A DNA stretch of 48,598 nucleotides from a bacterium (GCA_021814165.1 JAKAIX010000001.1:1-48598); one strand, 5' to 3'; counted from the stretch's first letter, positions 1 through 9,917 are shown. Notes: generated from the sequence alone by a model not told the origin. Numbers and translations: made by a program.

Positions 1-1
1 G

Positions 2-412
2 CAGGGGAAGATGACCCCCGTTGTAATGGGATCGTACGGCATCGGCATCGATCGTCTGATGGGCACGATTGTCGAGGTGCACCATGACGGGAAAGGTATC
101 GTGTGGCCGGAATCGGTTGCGCCGTTCAGGGTGCATCTGCTCCAGATCGGGGAGGCGACTCCGGAGCTTCAACAATTCGGAACGAGCGTGTATGATGAAC
201 TCGTAAGAAACGGCATCGAGGTTCTTTTTGACGATCGATCGAGGGCGACGACGGGCGAGAAATTCTTCGATGCGGATTTGATAGGGTTACCGTGGCGGAT
301 CGTCGTGAGCGAGAAAACGATGGTACAGGATAAGATCGAACTCAAACGGCGAAATGAAACCGATATAAAAGTAATGAAGATAAAAGAGTGCGAAAAGATG
401 CTCATCGAATAA
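2..412 (+). CDS. proS: Prolyl-tRNA synthetase, C-terminal part (5'-truncated by the window edge)
   Basis: Motif-3-like 'MGSYGIGIDRLMGTIVE' followed by an anticodon-binding domain ('VLFDDR...GEKFFDADLIGLPWRIVV'). The frame is open back to the window start. Confidence 0.9.
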   Translation, partial: QGKMTPVVMGSYGIGIDRLMGTIVEVHHDGKGIVWPESVAPFRVHLLQIGEATPELQQFGTSVYDELVRNGIEVLFDDRSRATTGEKFFDADLIGLPWRIVVSEKTMVQDKIELKRRNETDIKVMKIKECEKMLIE

Positions 413-416
413 CAAT

Positions 417-1442
417 ATGATTATCAAAAAAATCATAGGAATAGATCTCGGAACCGACACGACGCAGGTATATTTGAAGGGCACCGGGATCATTTTGAAT
501 GAGCCCTCGATCGTCGCGTTTAATAATCGCACGAATCGCGTTGTTGCCGTGGGGAGCGATGCGAAAAAGATGCTTTCACGGACGCCGAGTCACGTGACGG
601 CACTCCGCCCGATGGTAAACGGCGTGATAGGGGATTTCGATATGGCGAAGGAAATGGTACAGCGTTTCTTGAAGTCGAATACCATTCCGTGGTCATGGTT
701 TACCGAGACGGTAATAAGCGTGCCGACGAATTTGACGGAGGTAGAGCGAAAATCGGTTGAAGATCTGCTTCGCGAGGTGGGAGTAAGCAAGGTGCATCTC
801 ATCGAGCGGCTGGTTGCTGCTGCACTGGGGAGCGGGCTTGATATCAACCAACCGACGGCGCATCTCGTTGTCGATATCGGTGCGGGAACGACCGACATGG
901 CGATTATCTCAATGAACGGCATCGTGGTCTCGAAGCGTCTCAAAATCGCCGGTGACTATTTGAACCACGAAATCGTGAAAGGAGTGAAAGAAGAATTGAA
1001 GCTTCACATCGGCGAGCCGACGGCTGAAGAAATAAAAATCGCCGTGGGCGAGGCGATACCCCAAAGCGAACGTTTGGACCTCATGATCCGCGGACGCGAC
1101 GCGGTATCCGGACTTCCTCGGGAGGCGGTAATACGGGATACCCAAGTCAGGTACTGGCTTACCAAACCTCTGAAACAGGTCATCGAGACGCTGAAAGAAC
1201 TCATCGACGTTACGCCGCCGGAGCTCGTGGGTGACGTTTATAAAAACGGCATTTATCTCTCGGGAGGCGGAAGCATGCTTCGGGGCATTGAACAGCTTTT
1301 TGAGAAGGAGATCGGAGTAAAAGTGCATCTCGTAGACGAACCGCTCCTCTGCGTAGTGAGAGGAACGGGGCTTATCACGGAGAATATGGAGCAATATAAG
1401 AATATTCTCGACACGTTTTCCAACTCGAAGGTAGTGTTATAA
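417..1442 (+). CDS. mreB: Rod shape-determining actin-like protein MreB/Mbl
   Basis: 'IGIDLGT', 'EPSIVA', 'VVDIGAGTTD', 'GIYLSGGGSMLRG'; first gene of an mreBCD-pbp2 cluster. Confidence 0.95.
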   Translation: MIIKKIIGIDLGTDTTQVYLKGTGIILNEPSIVAFNNRTNRVVAVGSDAKKMLSRTPSHVTALRPMVNGVIGDFDMAKEMVQRFLKSNTIPWSWFTETVISVPTNLTEVERKSVEDLLREVGVSKVHLIERLVAAALGSGLDINQPTAHLVVDIGAGTTDMAIISMNGIVVSKRLKIAGDYLNHEIVKGVKEELKLHIGEPTAEEIKIAVGEAIPQSERLDLMIRGRDAVSGLPREAVIRDTQVRYWLTKPLKQVIETLKELIDVTPPELVGDVYKNGIYLSGGGSMLRGIEQLFEKEIGVKVHLVDEPLLCVVRGTGLITENMEQYKNILDTFSNSKVVL

Positions 1443-1569
1443 ATCCCGCACCTTGAGAGGATTGTGGGAGAGCGTAATAAAATAAGATGCAACAAGTGAA
1501 GAACGTCGTAATAAATGACCAGAGGACAATATGCTTCGTAAGAAGCGTGATCCTCTAAAGGTGCGGGAT
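1443..1569. mobile_element. MITE-like element with 20-bp terminal inverted repeats
   Basis: ATCCCGCACCTTGAGAGGAT (1443-1462) vs ATCCTCTAAAGGTGCGGGAT (1550-1569) match as inverted repeats at 19/20. The element fills the whole mreB-mreC spacer. Confidence 0.6.
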
Positions 1570-2272
1570 GAAATCGTTCAGGATATTCGTTGCGATAGCG
1601 GTATGCGTTCTCCTCGTTGTTGTCGTATTCGTGTGGCGTGTTTCTCTTCTCGGTTTTTTCGGTAACCTGCGGGTGGCGCTTCTCGGGTCCGCCGACCCTT
1701 CGTTCGATTACCGGACATTCGAGAAGCTACGTCTTGAGAACGAGGCGTGCGTTGCGGAGAAGAATGCTTCGACGTTTGTTTCGGATGTTTCGGCAAAGTC
1801 CGGAAAATATCGCGTAAAGGAGGTGAAAGTATTCTCCTTATATCCTTTCAACGATTACGCGTCGGTTTCGATTAACGCGGGATCGGACGACGGATTAAAA
1901 GAAGGAATGCCGGTGCTCACGGCGCCCGGGGTTCTTTTGGGAAAGATAAAAACCGTATCAAGAACGGCCAGCGAAGTCGAGACGATTTTCAATCCTTCCT
2001 GGAGGAGTACCGTTGCGGTGGGAGAAAAAAGGATAAAAGCAGTCCTCGTGGGCGGTGCGTCTCCTTACGTTGATCTTTTGCCTAAGGATGCACCGGTTGC
2101 TCAGGGAGACGCGATTGTGAATCTCGCACCCGAGTTTCCAATGGATCTTTTTTTGGGGAAAGCGGATGAATTCCGCGAAGGGAGCAACGCGCTCTGGCTT
2201 CGCGCAGTCGTTGATCCGCTTTTCAGGTTTGAGAACATCGATCGGGTACTCGTCGTGATGAATTTTCCTTAG
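1568..2272 (+). CDS. mreC: Rod shape-determining protein MreC
   Basis: N-terminal TM, short coiled coil, 'INAGSDDGLKEGMPVL...LLGKI' beta-barrel signature; position after mreB. Confidence 0.88.
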   Translation: MKSFRIFVAIAVCVLLVVVVFVWRVSLLGFFGNLRVALLGSADPSFDYRTFEKLRLENEACVAEKNASTFVSDVSAKSGKYRVKEVKVFSLYPFNDYASVSINAGSDDGLKEGMPVLTAPGVLLGKIKTVSRTASEVETIFNPSWRSTVAVGEKRIKAVLVGGASPYVDLLPKDAPVAQGDAIVNLAPEFPMDLFLGKADEFREGSNALWLRAVVDPLFRFENIDRVLVVMNFP

Positions 2273-2281
2273 TGAAGAATC

Positions 2282-2764
2282 ATGTTTTATAAATTTCCAG
2301 TCGCCTGTGCGCTAATCGCGTTCATTCTCTTCCTCGAAGGGACGCGCATGTTCCAGATATCGGGAATAGCTCCCAATCTGGTTCTTATTTTTTTTGCCGT
2401 GTTTTTTACCGCCACGGCCTTCGGCGAACGGGCCGGTTTCTGGGTTTTGCTTTTGTTGCTTTGTGTGTTTATGACGCTCTATCGGCTCCTTTTCGGTTTT
2501 TGGATCGAGTCCGCGGTGATACTTTCGCTTCTTGCCCTGGGAATGTACGCTTTTCGTCGCAAACTGGTCGGAACCCCTTTTCTCGACCTTTTGGTCTTTA
2601 TTATTGCGGGAACGCTGCTTTTTTACGGCGTCCGCGATGCACTGCATGCCGCGCCGTTCCTTTTCGGAGTCGTAGGCATGGAGATGCTTTATAACGTGCT
2701 CGCAGGAGTATTGGTATGGCTCGTCGCAACGCAATTACGTAATTACTATGCGGGGAGATCTTGA
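2282..2764 (+). CDS. mreD: MreD-like integral membrane protein
   Basis: 160 aa, almost entirely hydrophobic, 'APNLVLIF' and 'MEMLYNVL' motifs; lies between mreC and pbp2. Confidence 0.7.
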   Translation: MFYKFPVACALIAFILFLEGTRMFQISGIAPNLVLIFFAVFFTATAFGERAGFWVLLLLLCVFMTLYRLLFGFWIESAVILSLLALGMYAFRRKLVGTPFLDLLVFIIAGTLLFYGVRDALHAAPFLFGVVGMEMLYNVLAGVLVWLVATQLRNYYAGRS

Positions 2765-4607
2765 TCTCGAAGACATTCTGACCGATCGCGCCGCGGAAGA
2801 AGATTTTCTCGAGGTGCCGCTCGCGGATAAAGTATTCAAGCGGTTGCTATTGATTGTGGGACTGATCGTACTTGCAATCGCGGTGCAACTCGTATACGTG
2901 GGGGGAGTGAATCACTCATTTTATGAAAAACGCGCGGTTGTAAACATGAGCGACGTGAAGACGGAGGTTGCGCCCCGGGGAATCATTTACGATCGTTTTC
3001 ACAAACCGCTTGTCGCGAATGAGCCGGCATTCGACGCTGTACTTATACCGAGTATGTTGCCTGCCGATTCGGAACGGCGCGTTGAGACGGTTAACGCGGT
3101 AAGCGCGATGTTAAATCTTGATACCGCCGAGGTAAGAAAGAAGATCGGGGAACGGGACTGGAGCCTGAGCGCGCGTCTGGTGCTCAAAAATAACATCTCT
3201 CACGACGAGTTGGTGGCGATTACCGCAGCGGAGCTTCCCGGCATTGAAGCGGATCCCTCTTTCGAACGGATTCCTTCTTCTCCTTTTGTGTTTTCGCATC
3301 TCATCGGTTACACGGGGCTTGTGAATGAGCAGGATCTCTCGAAAAACGAGGATCTTGTAATTGATGACCAGATAGGAAGGGCCGGACTCGAAGCGTTTTA
3401 CGATTCGTATCTTCGCGGAGTCGACGGCGAGAAGATGATTATCAGAAATGCGGGCGGAAAAATCCAGGATGAACGCGAGGTACGGCAGGCGGAGATAGGC
3501 GACGCTCTGAATACTTATATCGATCGCGATCTTCAGAATTATTTTTATAACCGTCTCCAAGCGACGATCCAGGAACTTGGGAGAAATATCGGCGTGGGGA
3601 TTGCGATGAATCCACAAAACGGCGAGGTGCTCGCACTTTTCAATATCCCTTCATACGATCCGAACTCCGTGAGCGAATCATTGAATGCAAAGTACGAACC
3701 GATGTTCAATAGAGCGGTAAGCGGGCTCTATAGCCCCGGATCGACGATCAAACCGCTTGTCGCGACGGGAGCGCTCGTTGAGGGAATTCTGGATCCGCTG
3801 CACCAAATCTATTCGCCGGGATATCTCGACGTGCCGAATCCGTACGATCCCTCGAATCCGTCGAGGTTTATGGATTGGCGTCCGCAAGGCTGGGTCGACA
3901 TGTATTCGGCAATCGCGCGTTCGAGTAACGTATACTTCTATGAAGTCGGCGGCGGGTTCGGGGATCAACGCGGTCTGGGCATTTCTCGCCTTAAGAAATG
4001 GTGGCAGAAGTTCGGGCTTGATCAAAAAACGGGCATAGACTTGCCCGGTGAGGGATCGGGATTTCTTCCCGATGCCGAATGGAAGGAATCGACGAAGCAT
4101 GAGCCGTGGCGTCTGGGGGATACGTTTAACGTAAGCATAGGCCAGGGCGATTTTGCGATAACGCCGATCGAGCTTCTGGATTATATTACCGGGATTGCGA
4201 ATGGCGGGACGCTGTACGTTCCGCGCATCGTGAATAATGTGGAGAATCAAAAGGGAACGGCCATTCTGGAGAATAAGAAATCGGCGCGGATCGATCTTAG
4301 CGAGAAAACGGGTCACGCCATCTCGCTTGTGCGCCAGGGAATGCGCGACGCCGTTACGAAACCGTACGGTACCGGCTATCTCCTGCATGACCTCCCGATC
4401 CAGGTTGCATCGAAGACGGGTTCGGCGCAGGTCTCGAATAACACGAAGACGAACGCGTTTTTCGTCGGATTCGCGCCCTATGACAATCCGGAGATTGCGA
4501 TCGTGATACTTGTGGAAAATGCGAGGGAGGGAAGTCTGAATGTCGTGCCAGTGGCACGGGACGTGTTCTTGTGGTATTATCAAAACAGATGGCACAAAAA
4601 TACTTGA
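2748..4607 (+). CDS. mrdA: Penicillin-binding protein 2 (class B transpeptidase)
   Basis: TM anchor, 'APRGIIYDR', SxxK (GSTIK), SxN (SSN) and KTG (SKTGSAQ) motifs. Confidence 0.93.
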   Translation: MRGDLDLEDILTDRAAEEDFLEVPLADKVFKRLLLIVGLIVLAIAVQLVYVGGVNHSFYEKRAVVNMSDVKTEVAPRGIIYDRFHKPLVANEPAFDAVLIPSMLPADSERRVETVNAVSAMLNLDTAEVRKKIGERDWSLSARLVLKNNISHDELVAITAAELPGIEADPSFERIPSSPFVFSHLIGYTGLVNEQDLSKNEDLVIDDQIGRAGLEAFYDSYLRGVDGEKMIIRNAGGKIQDEREVRQAEIGDALNTYIDRDLQNYFYNRLQATIQELGRNIGVGIAMNPQNGEVLALFNIPSYDPNSVSESLNAKYEPMFNRAVSGLYSPGSTIKPLVATGALVEGILDPLHQIYSPGYLDVPNPYDPSNPSRFMDWRPQGWVDMYSAIARSSNVYFYEVGGGFGDQRGLGISRLKKWWQKFGLDQKTGIDLPGEGSGFLPDAEWKESTKHEPWRLGDTFNVSIGQGDFAITPIELLDYITGIANGGTLYVPRIVNNVENQKGTAILENKKSARIDLSEKTGHAISLVRQGMRDAVTKPYGTGYLLHDLPIQVASKTGSAQVSNNTKTNAFFVGFAPYDNPEIAIVILVENAREGSLNVVPVARDVFLWYYQNRWHKNT

Positions 4608-5050
4608 CGAAAGAGCGTCACGATGCGTTGGTCGCGGAACTGAACGAGCTGAGAACAAACGGACGAGGGTCCGTTTCCGAGCGTTTGCGTCACGCGAAGG
4701 ATCTCGGTGATCTTTCGGAAAATGCGGAGTATCAAGCCGCGCGCGAAGAGCAGTCGCTTCTCGAGCAGAAGATAGCCCAACTTGAGGAACTACTGAAAAC
4801 ATCCTCGATTATAGAGGAACAGCCGAAAGGGGGGACAGCGGTGCGATTGGGATCGAAAGTATCTCTCGAGAAAGACGGCGCACTTGTGGAATACACGATC
4901 GTAGGATCGAACGAGGCGGATCCGTTCCAGGATCTTATCTCAAACGAGTCGCCTCTGGGACGCGAGCTTTTGGGGAAGAATCAAGGAGAGACGATACGCG
5001 TGCAGACGCCAAAAGGAGCCTCCAAGTACACGATCGTGAAGATACAATAA
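4589..5050 (+). CDS. greA: Transcription elongation factor GreA
   Basis: 'AKDLGDLSENAEYQAARE', 'ISNESPLGRELLG'. Start set at ATG 4589 rather than GTG 4571. Confidence 0.95.
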   Translation: MAQKYLTKERHDALVAELNELRTNGRGSVSERLRHAKDLGDLSENAEYQAAREEQSLLEQKIAQLEELLKTSSIIEEQPKGGTAVRLGSKVSLEKDGALVEYTIVGSNEADPFQDLISNESPLGRELLGKNQGETIRVQTPKGASKYTIVKIQ

Positions 5051-6495
5051 TGCTTGAGGACATTATCGAAGAGCGACGTAAAAAACTCTCGCGATACCGG
5101 GAAGTGTCGGATCCGTACCCGATACAGGTAAAAAGAACCGCGCAGATAGGCGATGTGTGCGCGCGGTTTTCCGCGTTTGTGCGGAAAAAGAAAAAAGTGT
5201 GGCTTGCGGGACGTGTGGTCGGGATGCGCGATCAAGGAGGTATTATATTCCTCGATCTTGAAGATGCGAGCGGGAAGATTCAAATACTTCTCAAAAAAGG
5301 AGAGGCGAAGGAATTTGCGCTATTGAAAGAAACGCTCGATAAAGGAGATTTTCTCGAAGTTGCCGGTGGAGCGATGAAGACGAAACGCGGCGAGAAAAGC
5401 GTTGTCGCGCGGAATGCGAGGATAATTACGAAAAGCATCCGCCCTCTCCCTGATTCGTGGTACGGGCTCGAGGATATCGAAACACGTCTAAGGAAACGAT
5501 ATCTTGACGCAATCATGAACCATGAGGTGCTGGAACTCATGAAAAAGAAAGGCGTATTTTGGGAAACCGTAAGAAATATTTTGAAAGAGGAGGGATTTCT
5601 TGAGGTTGAGACCCCCGTGTTGGAGCCGGTGCCGGGAGGGGCCGAGACGGAGCCGTTTATCACGCATCATAATGCACTGGATAGGAATTTCTATCTCCGT
5701 ATCTCGCTCGAACTTCCCCTGAAAAAGATGCTCGTTGCGGGATTTGAAAAAGTGTTCGAGATAGGGAGAATATTCAGAAACGAAGGAATCGATCGGGAAC
5801 ACCTGCAAGATTATACGCAAATGGAATGTTATTGGGCGTACGCCGATTATAATGACATGATGCGTCTTATGGAAAAAATGTTTAAATCCGTAATACGACG
5901 AACGTGCGGATCGCTCGTAACGACTCGTAACGGAAAAAAGATTAACTGGGGGAAAAAGTGGAAAAAAGTTGATTATTACGAAATTTTCAAAAAATATAAC
6001 GCAATTGATCTCCAAACCGTATCACGCGAAACGCTTGAGGCGCACGCGCGGAAGCTCGGAATTTCATTCGAACGCAACGCCGGGAAAGGACGGATCGTCG
6101 ATCTTATTTATAAAAAAACCGTTCGTCCGCACCTGGAAGAACCTTGTTTTCTTGTAAACCCTCCGGTCATTATCGAACCCCTGGCGAAACGCGTTCCTGG
6201 AAAACCCGACCGAGTGGAACGTTTCCAAATTGTCGCGGCAGGAACGGAACTGGGAAAAGGGTTCTCCGAGTTGAATGATCCCGAGGATCAACGCAAGAGG
6301 TTCGAGGAACAAATGGCGCTTCGCGCCGCGGGAGATAAAGAAGCTCAAATGTTGGACGAAGATTTTCTGGAAGCGCTCGAATACGGCATGCCGCCGGCCG
6401 CCGGATTCGGTGTTTCGGAGCGGCTGTTTGCTATCATTATGGATAAACCCGTACGGGAAGCGGTCTTCTTCCCGTTGATGAAAGAAGAGAAATAA
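5050..6495 (+). CDS. lysS: Lysyl-tRNA synthetase (class II)
   Basis: OB-fold N-terminus, 'FLEVETPVL', 'YLRISLELPLK', 'FRNEGID', 'LEYGMPPAAGFG'. The start overlaps the greA stop (TAATG). Confidence 0.97.
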   Translation: MLEDIIEERRKKLSRYREVSDPYPIQVKRTAQIGDVCARFSAFVRKKKKVWLAGRVVGMRDQGGIIFLDLEDASGKIQILLKKGEAKEFALLKETLDKGDFLEVAGGAMKTKRGEKSVVARNARIITKSIRPLPDSWYGLEDIETRLRKRYLDAIMNHEVLELMKKKGVFWETVRNILKEEGFLEVETPVLEPVPGGAETEPFITHHNALDRNFYLRISLELPLKKMLVAGFEKVFEIGRIFRNEGIDREHLQDYTQMECYWAYADYNDMMRLMEKMFKSVIRRTCGSLVTTRNGKKINWGKKWKKVDYYEIFKKYNAIDLQTVSRETLEAHARKLGISFERNAGKGRIVDLIYKKTVRPHLEEPCFLVNPPVIIEPLAKRVPGKPDRVERFQIVAAGTELGKGFSELNDPEDQRKRFEEQMALRAAGDKEAQMLDEDFLEALEYGMPPAAGFGVSERLFAIIMDKPVREAVFFPLMKEEK

Positions 6496-6526
6496 TATAT
6501 TTCATCCGTAATTCGTAGAGAAATCA

Positions 6527-7780
6527 ATGTTAGACGTAAATTTTATCCGGGAAAATCCGGATGCGGTAAAAGAAGGAATAAAGAAGAAAAAAATCGATGC
6601 AAAACTCGTCGATAAGTTTCTCCAACTCGACACCGTGTGGCGCGGCAAGGTGAAAGCGGTTGATGAGCTCAAGGCGGAGCAAAATGTCTTGAGTAAAGAA
6701 CTCGCCAAGGAACAGAAGGAGGATCTGATGAGCCGCGCCCAGCTTTTGAAACAGCGTATCTCGGAACTCGAAGAGGAAGGCGTTGCCGCTGAAGCAAAGC
6801 GGAGGGAACTCCTGAATCGGTTGCCGAACATCCCTTTTCCCGACGTTCCGGTGGGAAAAGACGAGACAGAGAACAAGGTGCTTCGCGAGGTCGGGGAGAG
6901 ACCTAAGTTCGATTTCACGCCCAAGGATTATCTTACTCTCTCCGAAGATCTTGGAATTATCAACGTGAAGAAGGCGTCTGAGGTTGCAGGAAGCCGTTTC
7001 GGATATCTGGTGGGAGATATGGCGCTTCTCGAATTCGCCATAGTACGGCTCGCGTTCGATATATTGACCGAGGAGGGATTCATACCGATGTTGCCGCCCG
7101 TTATGATCAAGCCCGACGTCTATGCAGGTATGGGGCGCCTTGCGGCGGATCAGAAAGAGGAGCGATATTATTTCCCGAAAGACGAATTGTATCTTATCGG
7201 GAGCGCCGAACATACGATGGGCCCGTATCATTTGAACGAAACGTTCGAGGAACGGAATCTTCCCCGTCGCTACGTCGGCTTCTCGACTTGTTTCAGGAGA
7301 GAAGCCGGATCATATGGGAAAGATACGAAAGGGATTTTCCGCGTGCATCAATTCGACAAAGTGGAGATGTATTCGTTTGTGCATCCCGAGAAATCGGCGG
7401 AGGAACACTTGTTTTTACTCTCGCTTCAGGAACGACTAATGCAGGCGCTGGGGATCCCGTATCGCGTTGTGGAAATTTGCACGGGTGATATGGGATGGAC
7501 CGATGCGCGGCAATTCGATATTGAAGCGTGGTTTCCAAGCGAAGAACGGTATCGGGAAACCCATTCCTGCTCGAATACCACCGATTTTCAGTCGCGCGGC
7601 ATCAACGTGAAATACAAGACAAAAGAAGGGAAAAAAGAATTCGTGCACACATTGAACGCGACGGCGTTTTCCCAGCGGCCTCTTCTTGCGTTTCTCGAAA
7701 ATTATCAGACGAAAGAGGGAACAATCAGGATTCCCGAGGCGGTTCAGAAGTACATCGGGAAGAAAGAGATACGGAAATAA
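6527..7780 (+). CDS. serS: Seryl-tRNA synthetase
   Basis: 'MLDVNFIRENP', coiled-coil arm, 'FRREAGSYGKDTKGIFRVHQFDK', 'ETHSCSNTTDFQSR'. Confidence 0.97.
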   Translation: MLDVNFIRENPDAVKEGIKKKKIDAKLVDKFLQLDTVWRGKVKAVDELKAEQNVLSKELAKEQKEDLMSRAQLLKQRISELEEEGVAAEAKRRELLNRLPNIPFPDVPVGKDETENKVLREVGERPKFDFTPKDYLTLSEDLGIINVKKASEVAGSRFGYLVGDMALLEFAIVRLAFDILTEEGFIPMLPPVMIKPDVYAGMGRLAADQKEERYYFPKDELYLIGSAEHTMGPYHLNETFEERNLPRRYVGFSTCFRREAGSYGKDTKGIFRVHQFDKVEMYSFVHPEKSAEEHLFLLSLQERLMQALGIPYRVVEICTGDMGWTDARQFDIEAWFPSEERYRETHSCSNTTDFQSRGINVKYKTKEGKKEFVHTLNATAFSQRPLLAFLENYQTKEGTIRIPEAVQKYIGKKEIRK

Positions 7781-7951
7781 GATACCTCACCGCAATCGAC
7801 GAGGCATTCTACGGATGATGAACGAGTTTTTTCTTGCTCTTTCTGAAAGAGAGCCCGTTCGTGCGGGCGAGCAGTAATTGACGGTAACCCTCGGAACTCG
7901 CGTGCTATAATAAAACAATAGTAACGTCGCGTGGGAGCTTTCAAAAAGCGT

Positions 7952-8446
7952 ATGCGTTTTTCAAATGAGTTCTGGAGAATACTCGCGTGCGGGTTCGCGG
8001 TCATCGTATTCGTGGTGGTTGGATTTTATGAATGGTATTACTACATGTTGTATCTTCATGAGCAGGAAGCGGAGCAGGTAATGACAAGGATAGTGGCGAT
8101 TCAAAAAGAACTTTATCAGAAACATCTCGCGGGTGAGTTGGGAGGGGAAAGTCCTTATGAAGTTCTCTCTCTTTACGTGAAGGCGATCGAACGGAAGGAT
8201 TATGAAATCGCAAGCGCTTACTTTGTAAAGTCCGCTCGCGCCGACGCGCTTCGCGCGCTCCAAAACGCTTCCCCTGCGGATATTCCTGTCTTCCTTGGCG
8301 TTTTGAAAGAATCGCTCCAAACCCTTAAAGATAATGTGCCACCCCAATCCTCGTGGTACCTGACTTCCCCCGTTTCCGTCTCGTTTACGGCAGTGGAGTC
8401 GGGGATGTGGGAGATTCAAGATTTGAAATATCCGTTTCGAAAATAA
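7952..8446 (+). CDS. Hypothetical single-pass membrane protein
   Basis: Open frame with one N-terminal TM helix. An extended -10 (TGCTATAAT, 7903-7911) lies upstream. Alternative start GTG 7931. Confidence 0.65.
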   Translation: MRFSNEFWRILACGFAVIVFVVVGFYEWYYYMLYLHEQEAEQVMTRIVAIQKELYQKHLAGELGGESPYEVLSLYVKAIERKDYEIASAYFVKSARADALRALQNASPADIPVFLGVLKESLQTLKDNVPPQSSWYLTSPVSVSFTAVESGMWEIQDLKYPFRK

Positions 8447-8459
8447 TTTTCAAGTTGCG

Positions 8460-9089
8460 ATGAGAACTTTTTTAAAGACTTTCGCGTGGGTAATCGTTCT
8501 CGGACTTCTCTGCTACGGCGCGTGGTACGCGTACCACGCTTGGTGGGGAACGGGGGAAGCGGGACAATTTATCGAGACGACCTCGAAGAATATAGGAAAC
8601 GCCGCCCAGTCCAAGGCGAAAGAAATCGGCACGGACGTTGCAAGCGGTACGCTTTCGAGCGTAAAGACGTTTTTGGGGGATACCGTAGGAAAATTACTCT
8701 CGAGTGCCGGCGAAGCGATTCAAAACGCCGGTACCGGTCTTCAGAGTTCTCCTCCCATGACGGTAAACAACACGTACGTGCAGACAACGCCTCTCTTTAC
8801 AAGCGGATCGACGCCCCAACCTACGAGCACGTCATTTTATGTTCCTCCTCCTCCGGCAACGATCATGACGAAAATCGCGATGCCCTTGAGTTTCTCAATT
8901 AACAGCGGGAATTCGTACCGGGTCGAGTGGGGGGACGGAACGACGCCGGACAGCGGCGTCGTCGCGAAGAACAACGTCACCGTTATCAATCATACGTGGG
9001 AGCAAGAAGGGGATTATACCGTAAGGATGGAAGTTGGAGAAAACGGTTCGACGAGCACTTACTCCTTCCCGGTGAGAGTATATCGATAA
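8460..9089 (+). CDS. Membrane-anchored protein with a C-terminal PKD/Ig-like domain
   Basis: N-terminal TM, Ser/Thr/Pro-rich linker, 'YRVEWGDGT...HTWEQEGDYTVRM' PKD signature. Confidence 0.8.
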   Translation: MRTFLKTFAWVIVLGLLCYGAWYAYHAWWGTGEAGQFIETTSKNIGNAAQSKAKEIGTDVASGTLSSVKTFLGDTVGKLLSSAGEAIQNAGTGLQSSPPMTVNNTYVQTTPLFTSGSTPQPTSTSFYVPPPPATIMTKIAMPLSFSINSGNSYRVEWGDGTTPDSGVVAKNNVTVINHTWEQEGDYTVRMEVGENGSTSTYSFPVRVYR

Positions 9090-9093
9090 ATCG

Positions 9094-9909
9094 ATGTTTG
9101 CATTTCAGAAAAAAGGGTACGAAGCGGACTATCCCGCAGTGCGACGCCGGCGAGCGCATCGTACACTGTGGTATTGGATTATAGGCATTGCGCTCTCCGT
9201 TCTCGTCGCAGTCGGGTGCGCGTATTTCATACTTCACTTCTCGTGGTTCAAAGTCAGCAAGTTTACTATCGAGGGATCGTCGCGAATATCGGAGGAAGAA
9301 CTCGTGCCGGCGCTTTCCGTGCGTATGCTTACGATACCATGGCGCGGATGGATAGGGCCGAACAATATCCTTTTTTGGGAATTCGGTTCCGCGCCGGAGC
9401 AGCTTGAAAGATATCCCGGCCTGAAGCATGTTGCAGTCACTTCCCATCTGTTTTCGCGGGAGGTTGATATAGCCGTCGAGGAACGGACGCCCTACGGCAT
9501 TCTTTGCGAATCATCGGGAGCGGGATGTTTTCTTATGGATGAGGACGGAGTTCTTTTTGCTTCCGCGCCGGACACCGAAGGGACGCTTATTCTCACAATT
9601 CACGATACAAATCAACGGACGCCCCTTCTCGGGATGCCGTTCCTTCCCGACCGTTCTTGGATTCGCAATATATTTTCGACGCTCAAGATTGTTAAGGATG
9701 AGGGATTCATTCCTCTTCAAGTGACGCTCGATGATCTTTCGTTTCGGTCGTGGTCTTTGAAAATTGCGCAAGGGCCGACGTTTCTCTTCGCGCTGGATTT
9801 CGTTCCGGAGAATCTGAACTCGATTCTGAAAAATCTGTCGCGCAAACTCGACTTTTCAAAAGTGAAAGCCGTAGATCTTCAAGTACCGAATAGAATCTAC
9901 TATCGGTGA
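9094..9909 (+). CDS. ftsQ: FtsQ/DivIB-like cell division protein (POTRA domain)
   Basis: Basic cytoplasmic N-terminus, TM, 'FKVSKFTIEG', 'VDIAVEERTPYG', C-terminal 'VDLQVPNRIYYR'. Confidence 0.75.
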   Translation: MFAFQKKGYEADYPAVRRRRAHRTLWYWIIGIALSVLVAVGCAYFILHFSWFKVSKFTIEGSSRISEEELVPALSVRMLTIPWRGWIGPNNILFWEFGSAPEQLERYPGLKHVAVTSHLFSREVDIAVEERTPYGILCESSGAGCFLMDEDGVLFASAPDTEGTLILTIHDTNQRTPLLGMPFLPDRSWIRNIFSTLKIVKDEGFIPLQVTLDDLSFRSWSLKIAQGPTFLFALDFVPENLNSILKNLSRKLDFSKVKAVDLQVPNRIYYR

Positions 9910-9917
9910 ATTTCCCG

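Noticed and set aside
3678-4802. Long alternative-frame or antisense ORFs (e.g. 3678-4802, 10376-11398, 14412-15347, 16619-17542, 20884-21846, 27852-28775, 40155-41024)
   Set aside because: They overlap well-supported genes, show no motifs and are expected by chance in moderately GC-rich coding DNA.
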